From Candidatus Thorarchaeota archaeon (GTDB taxonomy: Archaea; Asgardarchaeota; Thorarchaeia; Thorarchaeales; Thorarchaeaceae), in NCBI GenBank assembly GCA_048882325.1, contig JBHLRS010000010.1:39745-103744 (forward strand): a stretch of 64,000 bases of DNA, read 5' to 3'. A program made the position numbers and the translations under genes. The notes beneath the pieces were generated by a model, which saw only the letters and a program-made list of their open reading frames with translations, did no database searches and was not told where the DNA came from. Each line of letters starts with the position of its first letter. Positions within the stretch are counted from its first letter, which is position 1. Shown in pieces: positions 56,705-64,000 of the stretch.

Positions 56705-58891
56705 ATGAGTGAAGATTTTGTTCGACTAAAGGTAGCTGCAGCAATGCCAAAGGATCAAGGTCGCGGTATTGTAAGATTGAATTCAGATGTTCGTAACCAT
56801 CTTGAATTACGCTCAGGTGATTATGTTCTATTGAAGGGTTCAAGGGAAACAGTGGCTGTAGTTTGGCCCAGTCTAAAGGAAGATGAAGTTCTTGATATGG
56901 TTCGGATGGACGGATTAATCCGAACCAATGCAGGTGTACGACTCGGTGAAATGGTTGAGGTAAGTAAGACAACGGTTCCAGAGGCGCAAAGAGTAGTGCT
57001 CGCTCCAAACCAGCCTGTTCGTTTTCAGCAGGGTTTCGAGAACTATGTGAAACAACAGATTCTAAACAAACCACTCACGAGAGGTGACACAATTCTCATT
57101 TCTTCAATTGGTCAAGGCTTGCAATTCATGGTCACAAATTCATCACCAAGCAAGCATGTTCGCATTACTCCCTCAACTGAGGTCGAGGTGCTTACGAAAC
57201 CAGCAAAGCCTGAAGACATTTCCGTACCTGATGTGACCTATGAGGATATCGGTGGACTTACCAAGGAGCTTGCGAGGATTCGTGAGATGGTCGAGCTTCC
57301 AATGAAGTCTCCTGAGTTATTCAGAAGGCTGGGGATAGCTCCACCGAAAGGAGTTCTTCTTCATGGACCCCCTGGGACAGGTAAGACTCTGATTGCTAAA
57401 GCCGTTGCCAATGAATCAGGAGCAAGTTTCAAGGTGATCAATGGCCCTGAGATTATGTCTAAATTCTATGGTGAATCCGAACAGAAGCTCCGGGAAGCCT
57501 TTGAGGAGGCTGAGAAGAATGCTCCTAGCATTATCTTCATCGATGAGCTTGACAGTATTGCACCGAAACGAGCAGAAGTGACTGGTGAGGTGGAGCGAAG
57601 GGTTGTTGCACAGCTCCTTGCTCTTATGGATGGTCTTGCTGGGAGAGGTCAAGTCATAGTGATAGGAGCCACAAATCGAGTGGATGATGTGGATGAGGCA
57701 CTTCGAAGACCAGGTCGTTTTGATCGAGAGATTGAGATCGGAGTTCCTGATGTAGATGGACGATTAGAGATATTACATATTCACACAAGGGCAATGCCCC
57801 TCGAAGAAGGTGTCGACCTTGTCAGTCTTGCAGCAAAGACTCACGGCTTCGTAGGAGCAGACCTAGCTGCTCTAGCTAGAGAGTCTGCAATGCAAGCTCT
57901 ACGACGAGCTCTGCCATATGTTGACCCAGAAACTGGCGACATCCCCGCAGATGTTCTAAGCTCCCTATTTGTCACACAGGCAGATTTCGATCTGGCACTC
58001 AATGATGTATCCCCATCAGCTCTCAGAGAGGTCTTAGTGGAGCGTCCGAATGTTAGTTGGAATGACATTGGTGGATTATCTAAGGTAAAGATGCAGCTCC
58101 AAGAAGCTGTAGAGGTGCCAATCAAACGCCCTGAGGTCTTCAAAGAAATGGGAATCCGACCTCCAAAGGGAGTGCTTCTGTTTGGTCCTCCGGGCACAGG
58201 AAAGACACTACTTGCCAAAGCTGTAGCTACTGAAAGTGAAGCCAACTTCATCTCTGTTCGGGGTCCTGAGATATTCAACAAATACGTTGGTGAGTCTGAG
58301 AAAGCTGTTAGAGAGATTTTCAAGAAAGCTCGCCAGACAGCTCCTTGCGTTCTGTTCTTTGACGAGATAGATGCAATTCTAAGCACTAGGGGTCGAAGTG
58401 ATGACACAGGAGTGAGTCAGAGAATTGTGAACCAATTCTTGGCTGAGTTGGATGGAATGCAGACTTTGCAGAATGTGTTAGTAATCGGTGCGACCAACCG
58501 AGCTGACATTCTTGATCCAGCTGTTCTTAGACCTGGACGCTTCGATGTTGTAGTGTTTGTACCACCTCCTGATACTGATGCGCGATTAGAGATCCTCCAA
58601 GTGCATACTCGCGATATGCCACTTGCTTCAGATGTTGAACTTGAGAAACTTGCAGATCTGACTGAAGGATTCTCTGGAGCTGATATTGAAAATCTGGTAC
58701 GGGAGGCGGCCATGGCTGCTGTCCGAGCTGATTGGAAACCTAAGCCAGTCGAAATGAGACATTTTGAGGAGGCTTTCAAAGAGGTACGACCAAGTCTATC
58801 TCCTGATGATGTCAAGCGATTCCTTGCATTGGCTGAGTCAGTTAAGAAGCGACAACCTCGTAGTTCAGAAACTCCACCAGGTTACATCTAA
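56705..58891 (+). CDS. cdc48: CDC48/VAT (p97) AAA+ ATPase
   Basis: N-domain plus two AAA modules (GPPGTGKT x2, DELD/DEID, RPGRFD x2); C-terminal GYI. Confidence 0.97.
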   Translation: MSEDFVRLKVAAAMPKDQGRGIVRLNSDVRNHLELRSGDYVLLKGSRETVAVVWPSLKEDEVLDMVRMDGLIRTNAGVRLGEMVEVSKTTVPEAQRVVLAPNQPVRFQQGFENYVKQQILNKPLTRGDTILISSIGQGLQFMVTNSSPSKHVRITPSTEVEVLTKPAKPEDISVPDVTYEDIGGLTKELARIREMVELPMKSPELFRRLGIAPPKGVLLHGPPGTGKTLIAKAVANESGASFKVINGPEIMSKFYGESEQKLREAFEEAEKNAPSIIFIDELDSIAPKRAEVTGEVERRVVAQLLALMDGLAGRGQVIVIGATNRVDDVDEALRRPGRFDREIEIGVPDVDGRLEILHIHTRAMPLEEGVDLVSLAAKTHGFVGADLAALARESAMQALRRALPYVDPETGDIPADVLSSLFVTQADFDLALNDVSPSALREVLVERPNVSWNDIGGLSKVKMQLQEAVEVPIKRPEVFKEMGIRPPKGVLLFGPPGTGKTLLAKAVATESEANFISVRGPEIFNKYVGESEKAVREIFKKARQTAPCVLFFDEIDAILSTRGRSDDTGVSQRIVNQFLAELDGMQTLQNVLVIGATNRADILDPAVLRPGRFDVVVFVPPPDTDARLEILQVHTRDMPLASDVELEKLADLTEGFSGADIENLVREAAMAAVRADWKPKPVEMRHFEEAFKEVRPSLSPDDVKRFLALAESVKKRQPRSSETPPGYI

Positions 58892-58899
58892 TAGAAACC

Positions 58900-58940
58900 G
58901 GAAGCAGACACTTATGGTTCTGCTTCCTGATTCTTTTTCT
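58900..58940 (+). terminator. Hairpin plus T-tract terminator
   Basis: GGAAGCAGA...TCTGCTTCC, then TTCTTTTTCT. Confidence 0.7.
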
Positions 58941-59015
58941 CAATTACAGCCACAATCCCCTTTTAAGCGATATTTGGGTGATGGACTTCAGACTTGCAAT
59001 TACTGAGGTTACATC

Positions 59016-59885
59016 ATGAGTGACTTCTATCCTGTATCTCCACTGGTTGGAATTACAAATACAAGTTATGGCGCTCAAGTAGGTGTCATGGATGAGAAAT
59101 GGGCTGTCCGTGTAGTTCGAGGGAAGAAAATCATAGCTGAGAAGACGATGCTTGATCTTGCACTAGATAACATTGTAGGAGTAGCCTATGGACACATTCG
59201 TGTTGAGGGATTAAGTAGACATGCTGTAGCTCAGATGGCTGGTCGATTAATGCAGTTTGCTAGAAAGTATCAGACAGCTGGAGTTTGCCCAAACTATGAG
59301 ATTCCAGATTTGGCATATGATGATGGAACTACACTAGGTGAGATAGCCGCGACACAGAGAGGGGAGGTCGCTGTGGAGGAATCAGCTGTTGCAGCTGAGC
59401 TCCCTGATATGAAACTTGGTGAACTTCCACCTATCATTCGTACAACGGGTGACGCCGCTTGGTTGGTCAATCTCGAGGCTCATGCAGTAATGATGTGTGA
59501 AACAGCAGCCTATGCGGCTGAGATGCCCAAAGGTCATCTTGAGAATATGTTCAATCGAGTTGCGGACGCTCTTATTCATCGGTGGGCCATGTCAAATCCT
59601 TCCGAACCTCCAACTGCATTGATGAAGTTCACCTCATTGATACAAGCATGTTCTGATGAAAGTCAGTTACCTAAAACTGGACCTGGTACTGCTACAATCG
59701 AAACGGGAGCATGTAAATTGCTGCGCATTTGTAAAGAACTGGATCCAGATGCTTCCAGAATACCTGTTGGCTATCCGTGCACCTTTCATGAACTACTGGC
59801 AAAGAAATTGAGTGACCTCACAGGTGCTAAGATCAGTGTGAACACCTCGTCCACAGGATGCATTGTTGGAATATCCCTAGAATGA
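59016..59885 (+). CDS. Hypothetical protein with Cys-containing C-terminal V4R-like domain
   Basis: CKLLRIC...PCTFH...TGC pattern at the C-terminus. Confidence 0.55.
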   Translation: MSDFYPVSPLVGITNTSYGAQVGVMDEKWAVRVVRGKKIIAEKTMLDLALDNIVGVAYGHIRVEGLSRHAVAQMAGRLMQFARKYQTAGVCPNYEIPDLAYDDGTTLGEIAATQRGEVAVEESAVAAELPDMKLGELPPIIRTTGDAAWLVNLEAHAVMMCETAAYAAEMPKGHLENMFNRVADALIHRWAMSNPSEPPTALMKFTSLIQACSDESQLPKTGPGTATIETGACKLLRICKELDPDASRIPVGYPCTFHELLAKKLSDLTGAKISVNTSSTGCIVGISLE

Positions 59886-59981
59886 GTGTGTTAGTTACCC
59901 AATAATCTTAAATCGCTACAAACGCCTCATCTACCATCAGACGAGACTGCGTGGTAAGGTCTCGATTAGGAGCTTAGAAAA

Positions 59982-60266
59982 TTGAGCTACTTGACATGGC
60001 GAGAGTATACGCGTTCAGGACCTGTGTGTCTTGGTGCGCTCTTAGTGATTGGCGGTGCCATTGTTGCCTTGCTGGCTAATAGTAACCCAGCAGCTTATGA
60101 CTTCATCCCTGGCTACACCGTCATGATTGGTGCGATTGTGGCAATTGTTGGATTGCTGTTCATCATAATGGGCTTCGTCTTCACAAGGAGGAAGCGCGAC
60201 TCGGTACTCAGACCGGTCGATACAAAGGTTGATGATACGCCTCCACCCCCGCCGCCGCCGGACTGA
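59982..60266 (+). CDS. Two-TM membrane protein with polyproline tail
   Basis: Two hydrophobic helices, RRKR, then DDTPPPPPPPD; GGAG SD before TTG. Confidence 0.75.
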   Translation: MSYLTWREYTRSGPVCLGALLVIGGAIVALLANSNPAAYDFIPGYTVMIGAIVAIVGLLFIIMGFVFTRRKRDSVLRPVDTKVDDTPPPPPPPD

Positions 60267-60290
60267 TCTGTAGAATCGATGTTTTCGTTC

Positions 60291-60334
60291 GAGCCTTAGG
60301 ACCTCTCGGGTCCTCTGGCTCTAATTCTCTTTCT
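60291..60334 (+). terminator. Hairpin plus pyrimidine tract
   Basis: GAGCC-AGGACC...GGTCCT-GGCTC, then TTCTCTTTCT. Confidence 0.6.
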
Positions 60335-60423
60335 AATCTAAGGTTGGGTTTCATCCGCCAAATCCTAATATGTAACCAAGTGGGCTTTTCACCAGAACTA
60401 CTACTGGATGGTGTAATGTCCAG

Positions 60424-60717
60424 ATGAAGCATATCCTTGAATACAAGAATAGTCAATTTCACGAGTGTTCTGGGACACCGAGTACTCCCATTACTCTAAC
60501 AGTTGACGAATCCTCGAAGAAGCTCGTACTTGTGGTTCCCAGTGGGGCAAGCATGATTGAGCGAAGAGCTGCTGAACGAAATGCTCGTGGTATTGAGAAG
60601 GTTGGCTTTCAGACCGCATCTCAGGGCCGGATAGGCAGAGGCTATGAGCTAGTGATTGAAGGTCACGGTGGAGGACTTCCCGATCGCCTTAGGCATTCTC
60701 CACGAGAGGTTTACTAG
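60424..60717 (+). CDS. Small protein, possibly a single gelsolin-like domain
   Basis: Beta-beta-helix pattern ITLTVDESSKKLVLVVPSGASMIERRAAERNARGI. Confidence 0.5.
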   Translation: MKHILEYKNSQFHECSGTPSTPITLTVDESSKKLVLVVPSGASMIERRAAERNARGIEKVGFQTASQGRIGRGYELVIEGHGGGLPDRLRHSPREVY

Positions 60718-60822
60718 GATTTCGTCGAGACTGCAGACCGCTTGGGTCTAAGCTTGGACTCCGAAAAGGGAAAAAGCATAGACTCACAAGTGCCTACAGT
60801 TCGTGAGGAGAAGAAGTTCAAG

Positions 60823-62493
60823 ATGTCCGAAGAACGAGCTAAAAGATGGATTGCGGAATCGCAAAAAGACGCCATACGACAGTCTGCTGGCAGTCAGCAC
60901 CTCATGAGAGCTGCTGAAGCAGAGAAATCTGGTAATATGGCTGCGGCAGATCAAGAGTACGCCCTTGCAGCCGAAGCATTCCTAAAATCCGCAAGTGAAT
61001 ATCGTACTGGTAAGAGCTACAAGAAAGCTGCAATCAACATGTGTGCAGCTGGAGATGTTTTCTCTGAACTTGGTGAATCAGCCCGAGCTATTGAAACCTA
61101 CCAGGGTGCAGCTGAGGATCTTCTCAGTGCTTCAGCAGAACACCTCATGTGGGGTGAAGATGCAGAAACAAGCAAAGGAACAGCTCTAGCTATCACTGCG
61201 TGCATGATGTATATCATGATTGGAAAAGAGGCTGATGGTTTCTACAAGGCACGAGGATTTGCAGCTGAACATGCATCTAAGATAAGACTCCCTGCTATCG
61301 TTCGGCTCAGTCAGATTCCTCAGATGCTCGAGAGTGCAATTCAGTCTCTCAATCTTGAGTCATTTGCTTCAGCCGAGAATGCAGCTGTAACGGAGTTGAA
61401 GGCTGCACTTGCCAGTGCTAATAGTCAGGAATTTGCGAAATATATTGACAAAGGGCTCGATATGGTCCGTGAACTGCTACGCGGAAAACTCAGGGTTCCA
61501 AAACTGTCGTCACAACTTGTTCTTCCCAACGATGTGACATTTACTGAAGAGTTTCCTGTTCGTGTTATCTTCAAGAATAATGGCGACGGAGAAGCTCTTG
61601 GACTCACAATTGAGTGGCACCTTGACGAGGGTCTTACGCTCATATCTGGTGAAAGAACGAAGACAGTCGGTGTTTTACCTGCAGGAGAATCGCTTGATGT
61701 TTCTGTAGTTCTGAAATCTGCTCAACCAATGGTTGGTGAAAAAGAGTTTACCATTCTTGTCCGTGGTTCCTTTAGTGACAAGCTGAAGACTGAGTATAGC
61801 TTTCAGGCAGGACCCGGAACCTTAATGCTGAGAGATTACAAGGTAAGCAAACAACTAACTCGTGATGCTGACCTCACTGATGGTCGAATTGGATTACTAA
61901 AAGAAGCTATTGAGATGTCCGAACTAGAGGCTGATCCTCTCGTCCGTATTGTTGACAGTATGATTGCAACAGTGATGCAGAGTCGCTCCGACATTGAAGA
62001 GGGAGAATTGGATCTTGCCAAGGCAAGAATTCGTGTTGTTAATGACATGACTGATACGATTGACTCATTAGTTGGCGATGATGAGTTGATGAAACGACTT
62101 GTTGAGAAGCGAGAGGCTGCAATGAAAGAGTTTGCCCTCAAAAAGATCACACCCGCCTTCGATGAAGTAATCAGTTTCCTTGCTGGACAGGAGAGGAAGC
62201 TAGAATCAGAGGTTCAAATCGCTTTAGCAGATTGGGACACTGAAGCTGCGAAGAAGAAGAACCTGAGAGCAACCTTAATCCGTATCAAGGATATTGCTGG
62301 AACTCTAGAGTCCTCTGGAACTGATACTAGTGGCTTAGAGAATGAAGCTGACAAGGCATTGAATGATCCCCTCCTCATTGTGGGAGACCGTCCAGCCTCC
62401 CCTGAGAAAGTTGAGATGGCGTTTGTGATGACCCGTTCTATTCGCAACGAGATCACTCGCATCCTTGAGTCGAGAAAGAACGAATTGGTGTAA
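60823..62493 (+). CDS. Alpha-SNAP/TPR-like helical repeat, Ig-like (CARDB) domain and coiled-coil protein
   Basis: Ala-rich SNAP-type repeats; VIFKNNGDGEA...LPAGES Ig domain; C-terminal heptads; ATG 60823 after GAGGAG. Confidence 0.7.
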   Translation: MSEERAKRWIAESQKDAIRQSAGSQHLMRAAEAEKSGNMAAADQEYALAAEAFLKSASEYRTGKSYKKAAINMCAAGDVFSELGESARAIETYQGAAEDLLSASAEHLMWGEDAETSKGTALAITACMMYIMIGKEADGFYKARGFAAEHASKIRLPAIVRLSQIPQMLESAIQSLNLESFASAENAAVTELKAALASANSQEFAKYIDKGLDMVRELLRGKLRVPKLSSQLVLPNDVTFTEEFPVRVIFKNNGDGEALGLTIEWHLDEGLTLISGERTKTVGVLPAGESLDVSVVLKSAQPMVGEKEFTILVRGSFSDKLKTEYSFQAGPGTLMLRDYKVSKQLTRDADLTDGRIGLLKEAIEMSELEADPLVRIVDSMIATVMQSRSDIEEGELDLAKARIRVVNDMTDTIDSLVGDDELMKRLVEKREAAMKEFALKKITPAFDEVISFLAGQERKLESEVQIALADWDTEAAKKKNLRATLIRIKDIAGTLESSGTDTSGLENEADKALNDPLLIVGDRPASPEKVEMAFVMTRSIRNEITRILESRKNELV

Positions 62494-62509
62494 ATCAGAA
62501 CTAACCTGT

Positions 62510-62545
62510 ACCATGATGAACTATTTCGTCATGGTCTATCCTTTC
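62510..62545 (+). terminator. Hairpin terminator
   Basis: ACCATGATGAA-CTAT-TTCGTCATGGT, then CTATCCTTTC. Confidence 0.6.
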
Positions 62546-62635
62546 ATCTGTACTAGAATATCTTTCCATCAACACAGATAGGAATATTATCCAATCCTTA
62601 TGTGAAAAAAGAAGGAAGAGAATTCCGAACTGTGT

Positions 62636-63835
62636 CTAGTGCCTCGTCATGAATCCTTCTAGACGATTCATTGCTTCATCAATCATCTCAGGCGGTGGCA
62701 AGAACACACTTCGAAAGTGACTCGCACCATACTCGGCGCCAAAACCAATTCCCGGGACAAAGACGACCCCTGTTTCTGACAGAACATCCTTAACAAACTC
62801 ATAGTCATCCTTCCATCTTCCACGCAAATCTATCTTGGGCATTATGTAGAATGCGGCCTCAGGAAGTTTAGTGGTAATTGAATCAATCTCGTTGAGCCTT
62901 TTGTAGATGAGATCTCGTCTTATTCGAAGACGACTCATAACATCCTTCAGGTGACTTCCATCACTAGCAAAGGCTGCTGCAGCTGCAATTTGCGCAGTAG
63001 CATTCAGACATATTCGGATTCTTGCTTGCCGAATCATAGCATCGTAGAGAGGATCAAGCTCTCCGTTTGAGTCACAAAAGTATGCATATCCGACGCGCCA
63101 CCCTGGCGCAAGGTACACCTTGCTTACACCGTTGAATCCTATGACTGGAACATCTCCTGCAATTCGAGCCATGGGTGTCTGTTTCTCATCAAAGGTCAGT
63201 TGGTCGTATATCTCATCTGAGATGAGGGGAAGTCCGTACTCTCCTGCAATGTTGATGATTTCTCTCAACGTCCTTTCGTTGTATACAGATCCAGTCGGAT
63301 TGTTTGGGTTGATCACTAGGATTCCAACGGTCTTGTCATTGATCTTCTTTCTAAGGTCTTCAGTATCAGGGTTCCAATCATCTTCCTCGATAGTTCGGTA
63401 AGCGACAGGCTTTCCTCCAAAATACTTCACGTAACTGATGTAAGGGATGTAGGTGGGTCCTGGCATCAAAAGCTCGGAATTATCTCTTACCAATGCCCCA
63501 CACAGGAATTGGATTGCCTCTGATACACCAGATGTAATTATCATACGATCTGGATCGACATCAATCCCATTGACTCGTTTCTCCTTTTCAGCAGCAGATA
63601 TCCTTAGCTTTTCTTCGCCTTCAGAGGGTGAATATCCATTCCATCCATCATGGGCCGCCTTGCAGATAGCATCTACCATAAATTGAGGAGTCCTCCAGTC
63701 GTACTTTATGGGGTCCCCGATATTGAGATAGAGTGGTTTCTCCCCAGTTCTCTTCTCATACTGCTTTGCTTCAATTACAATGTCTCTAATTGCATATTGG
63801 AGATTTGCGGCGCGTGGAGTGATGTCTAGCTTCAT
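62636..63835 (-). CDS. PLP-dependent class I/II aminotransferase (alanine aminotransferase-like)
   Basis: LNIGDP, GVSEAI, NPNNPTG, DEIYD, SKVYLAPGWRVG. Confidence 0.93.
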   Translation of the reverse strand: MKLDITPRAANLQYAIRDIVIEAKQYEKRTGEKPLYLNIGDPIKYDWRTPQFMVDAICKAAHDGWNGYSPSEGEEKLRISAAEKEKRVNGIDVDPDRMIITSGVSEAIQFLCGALVRDNSELLMPGPTYIPYISYVKYFGGKPVAYRTIEEDDWNPDTEDLRKKINDKTVGILVINPNNPTGSVYNERTLREIINIAGEYGLPLISDEIYDQLTFDEKQTPMARIAGDVPVIGFNGVSKVYLAPGWRVGYAYFCDSNGELDPLYDAMIRQARIRICLNATAQIAAAAAFASDGSHLKDVMSRLRIRRDLIYKRLNEIDSITTKLPEAAFYIMPKIDLRGRWKDDYEFVKDVLSETGVVFVPGIGFGAEYGASHFRSVFLPPPEMIDEAMNRLEGFMTRH

Positions 63836-63937
63836 CTTTAGCCCTGACTGTGCTGCACATCAACCATCGTATATTGTTTTCCTTCTGATAGCTCTACCCT
63901 GAATTCTTCCGGATATCACTCTTCAATGTGCCTGAAT

Positions 63938-64000
63938 TTACTTGACTATCTCCATGCCGCACTTCTGGCAGTACTGAGCACCAGATTCAATCGCTGCCCC
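63938..64000 (-). CDS. 3' end of a zinc-ribbon domain protein (partial)
   Basis: Reads GAAIESGAQYCQKCGMEIVK-stop from the window edge. Confidence 0.6.
   Translation of the reverse strand, partial: GAAIESGAQYCQKCGMEIVK

Noticed and set aside
57841-58815. Long antisense ORFs inside cdc48 and other genes
   Set aside because: Shadow frames of well-supported genes, with no recognisable motifs.
60718-60822. tRNA-like or structured ncRNA before the SNAP-like gene
   Set aside because: Only short stems such as AGACC/GGTCT; no T-loop or D-loop consensus, so too weak to call.
1-64000. Selenocysteine or pyrrolysine readthrough genes, and mobile elements
   Set aside because: I saw no enzyme truncated at an in-frame TGA/TAG with continuing homology, and no transposase, integrase or terminal repeats; checked by eye only.

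Overview
Gene-dense archaeal chromosomal window with about 65 CDS and no rRNA, tRNA, CRISPR array or transposase that I could recognise. The gene set points to an Asgard archaeon, most likely Thorarchaeota; this is an inference from Nre, EndoQ, topo VI, CDC48, roadblock, longin-type proteins, two-domain Rpb5 and C-terminally anchored surface proteins. Main blocks: (1) 0-16 kb, surface proteins, DNA repair and small regulators; (2) 16.2-17.4 kb, two tandem eukaryote-type Rpb5/RpoH genes with the jaw domain; (3) 20.5-36.5 kb, a surface-glycan cluster with FkbH, a deacetylase-like protein, two TPST-like sulfotransferases, CysQ, a membrane-anchored D-glucuronyl C5-epimerase, UDP-HexNAc epimerase and dehydrogenase, two GT4 enzymes and Alg13/Alg14, a set resembling glycosaminoglycan maturation; (4) 42-53.6 kb, coiled-coil/winged-helix paralogs, a tandem longin-winged-helix pair resembling GATOR1 NPRL2/NPRL3, roadblock, an orphan NifB-like radical SAM enzyme and a divergent topo VI operon with a nuclease; (5) 53.7-62.5 kb, AN1-M50 protease, an Hsp20-CDC48 operon with a structured leader, a polyproline-tailed membrane protein, a possible gelsolin-like protein and an alpha-SNAP-like protein. 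All family calls come from motif recognition by eye, not database searches.
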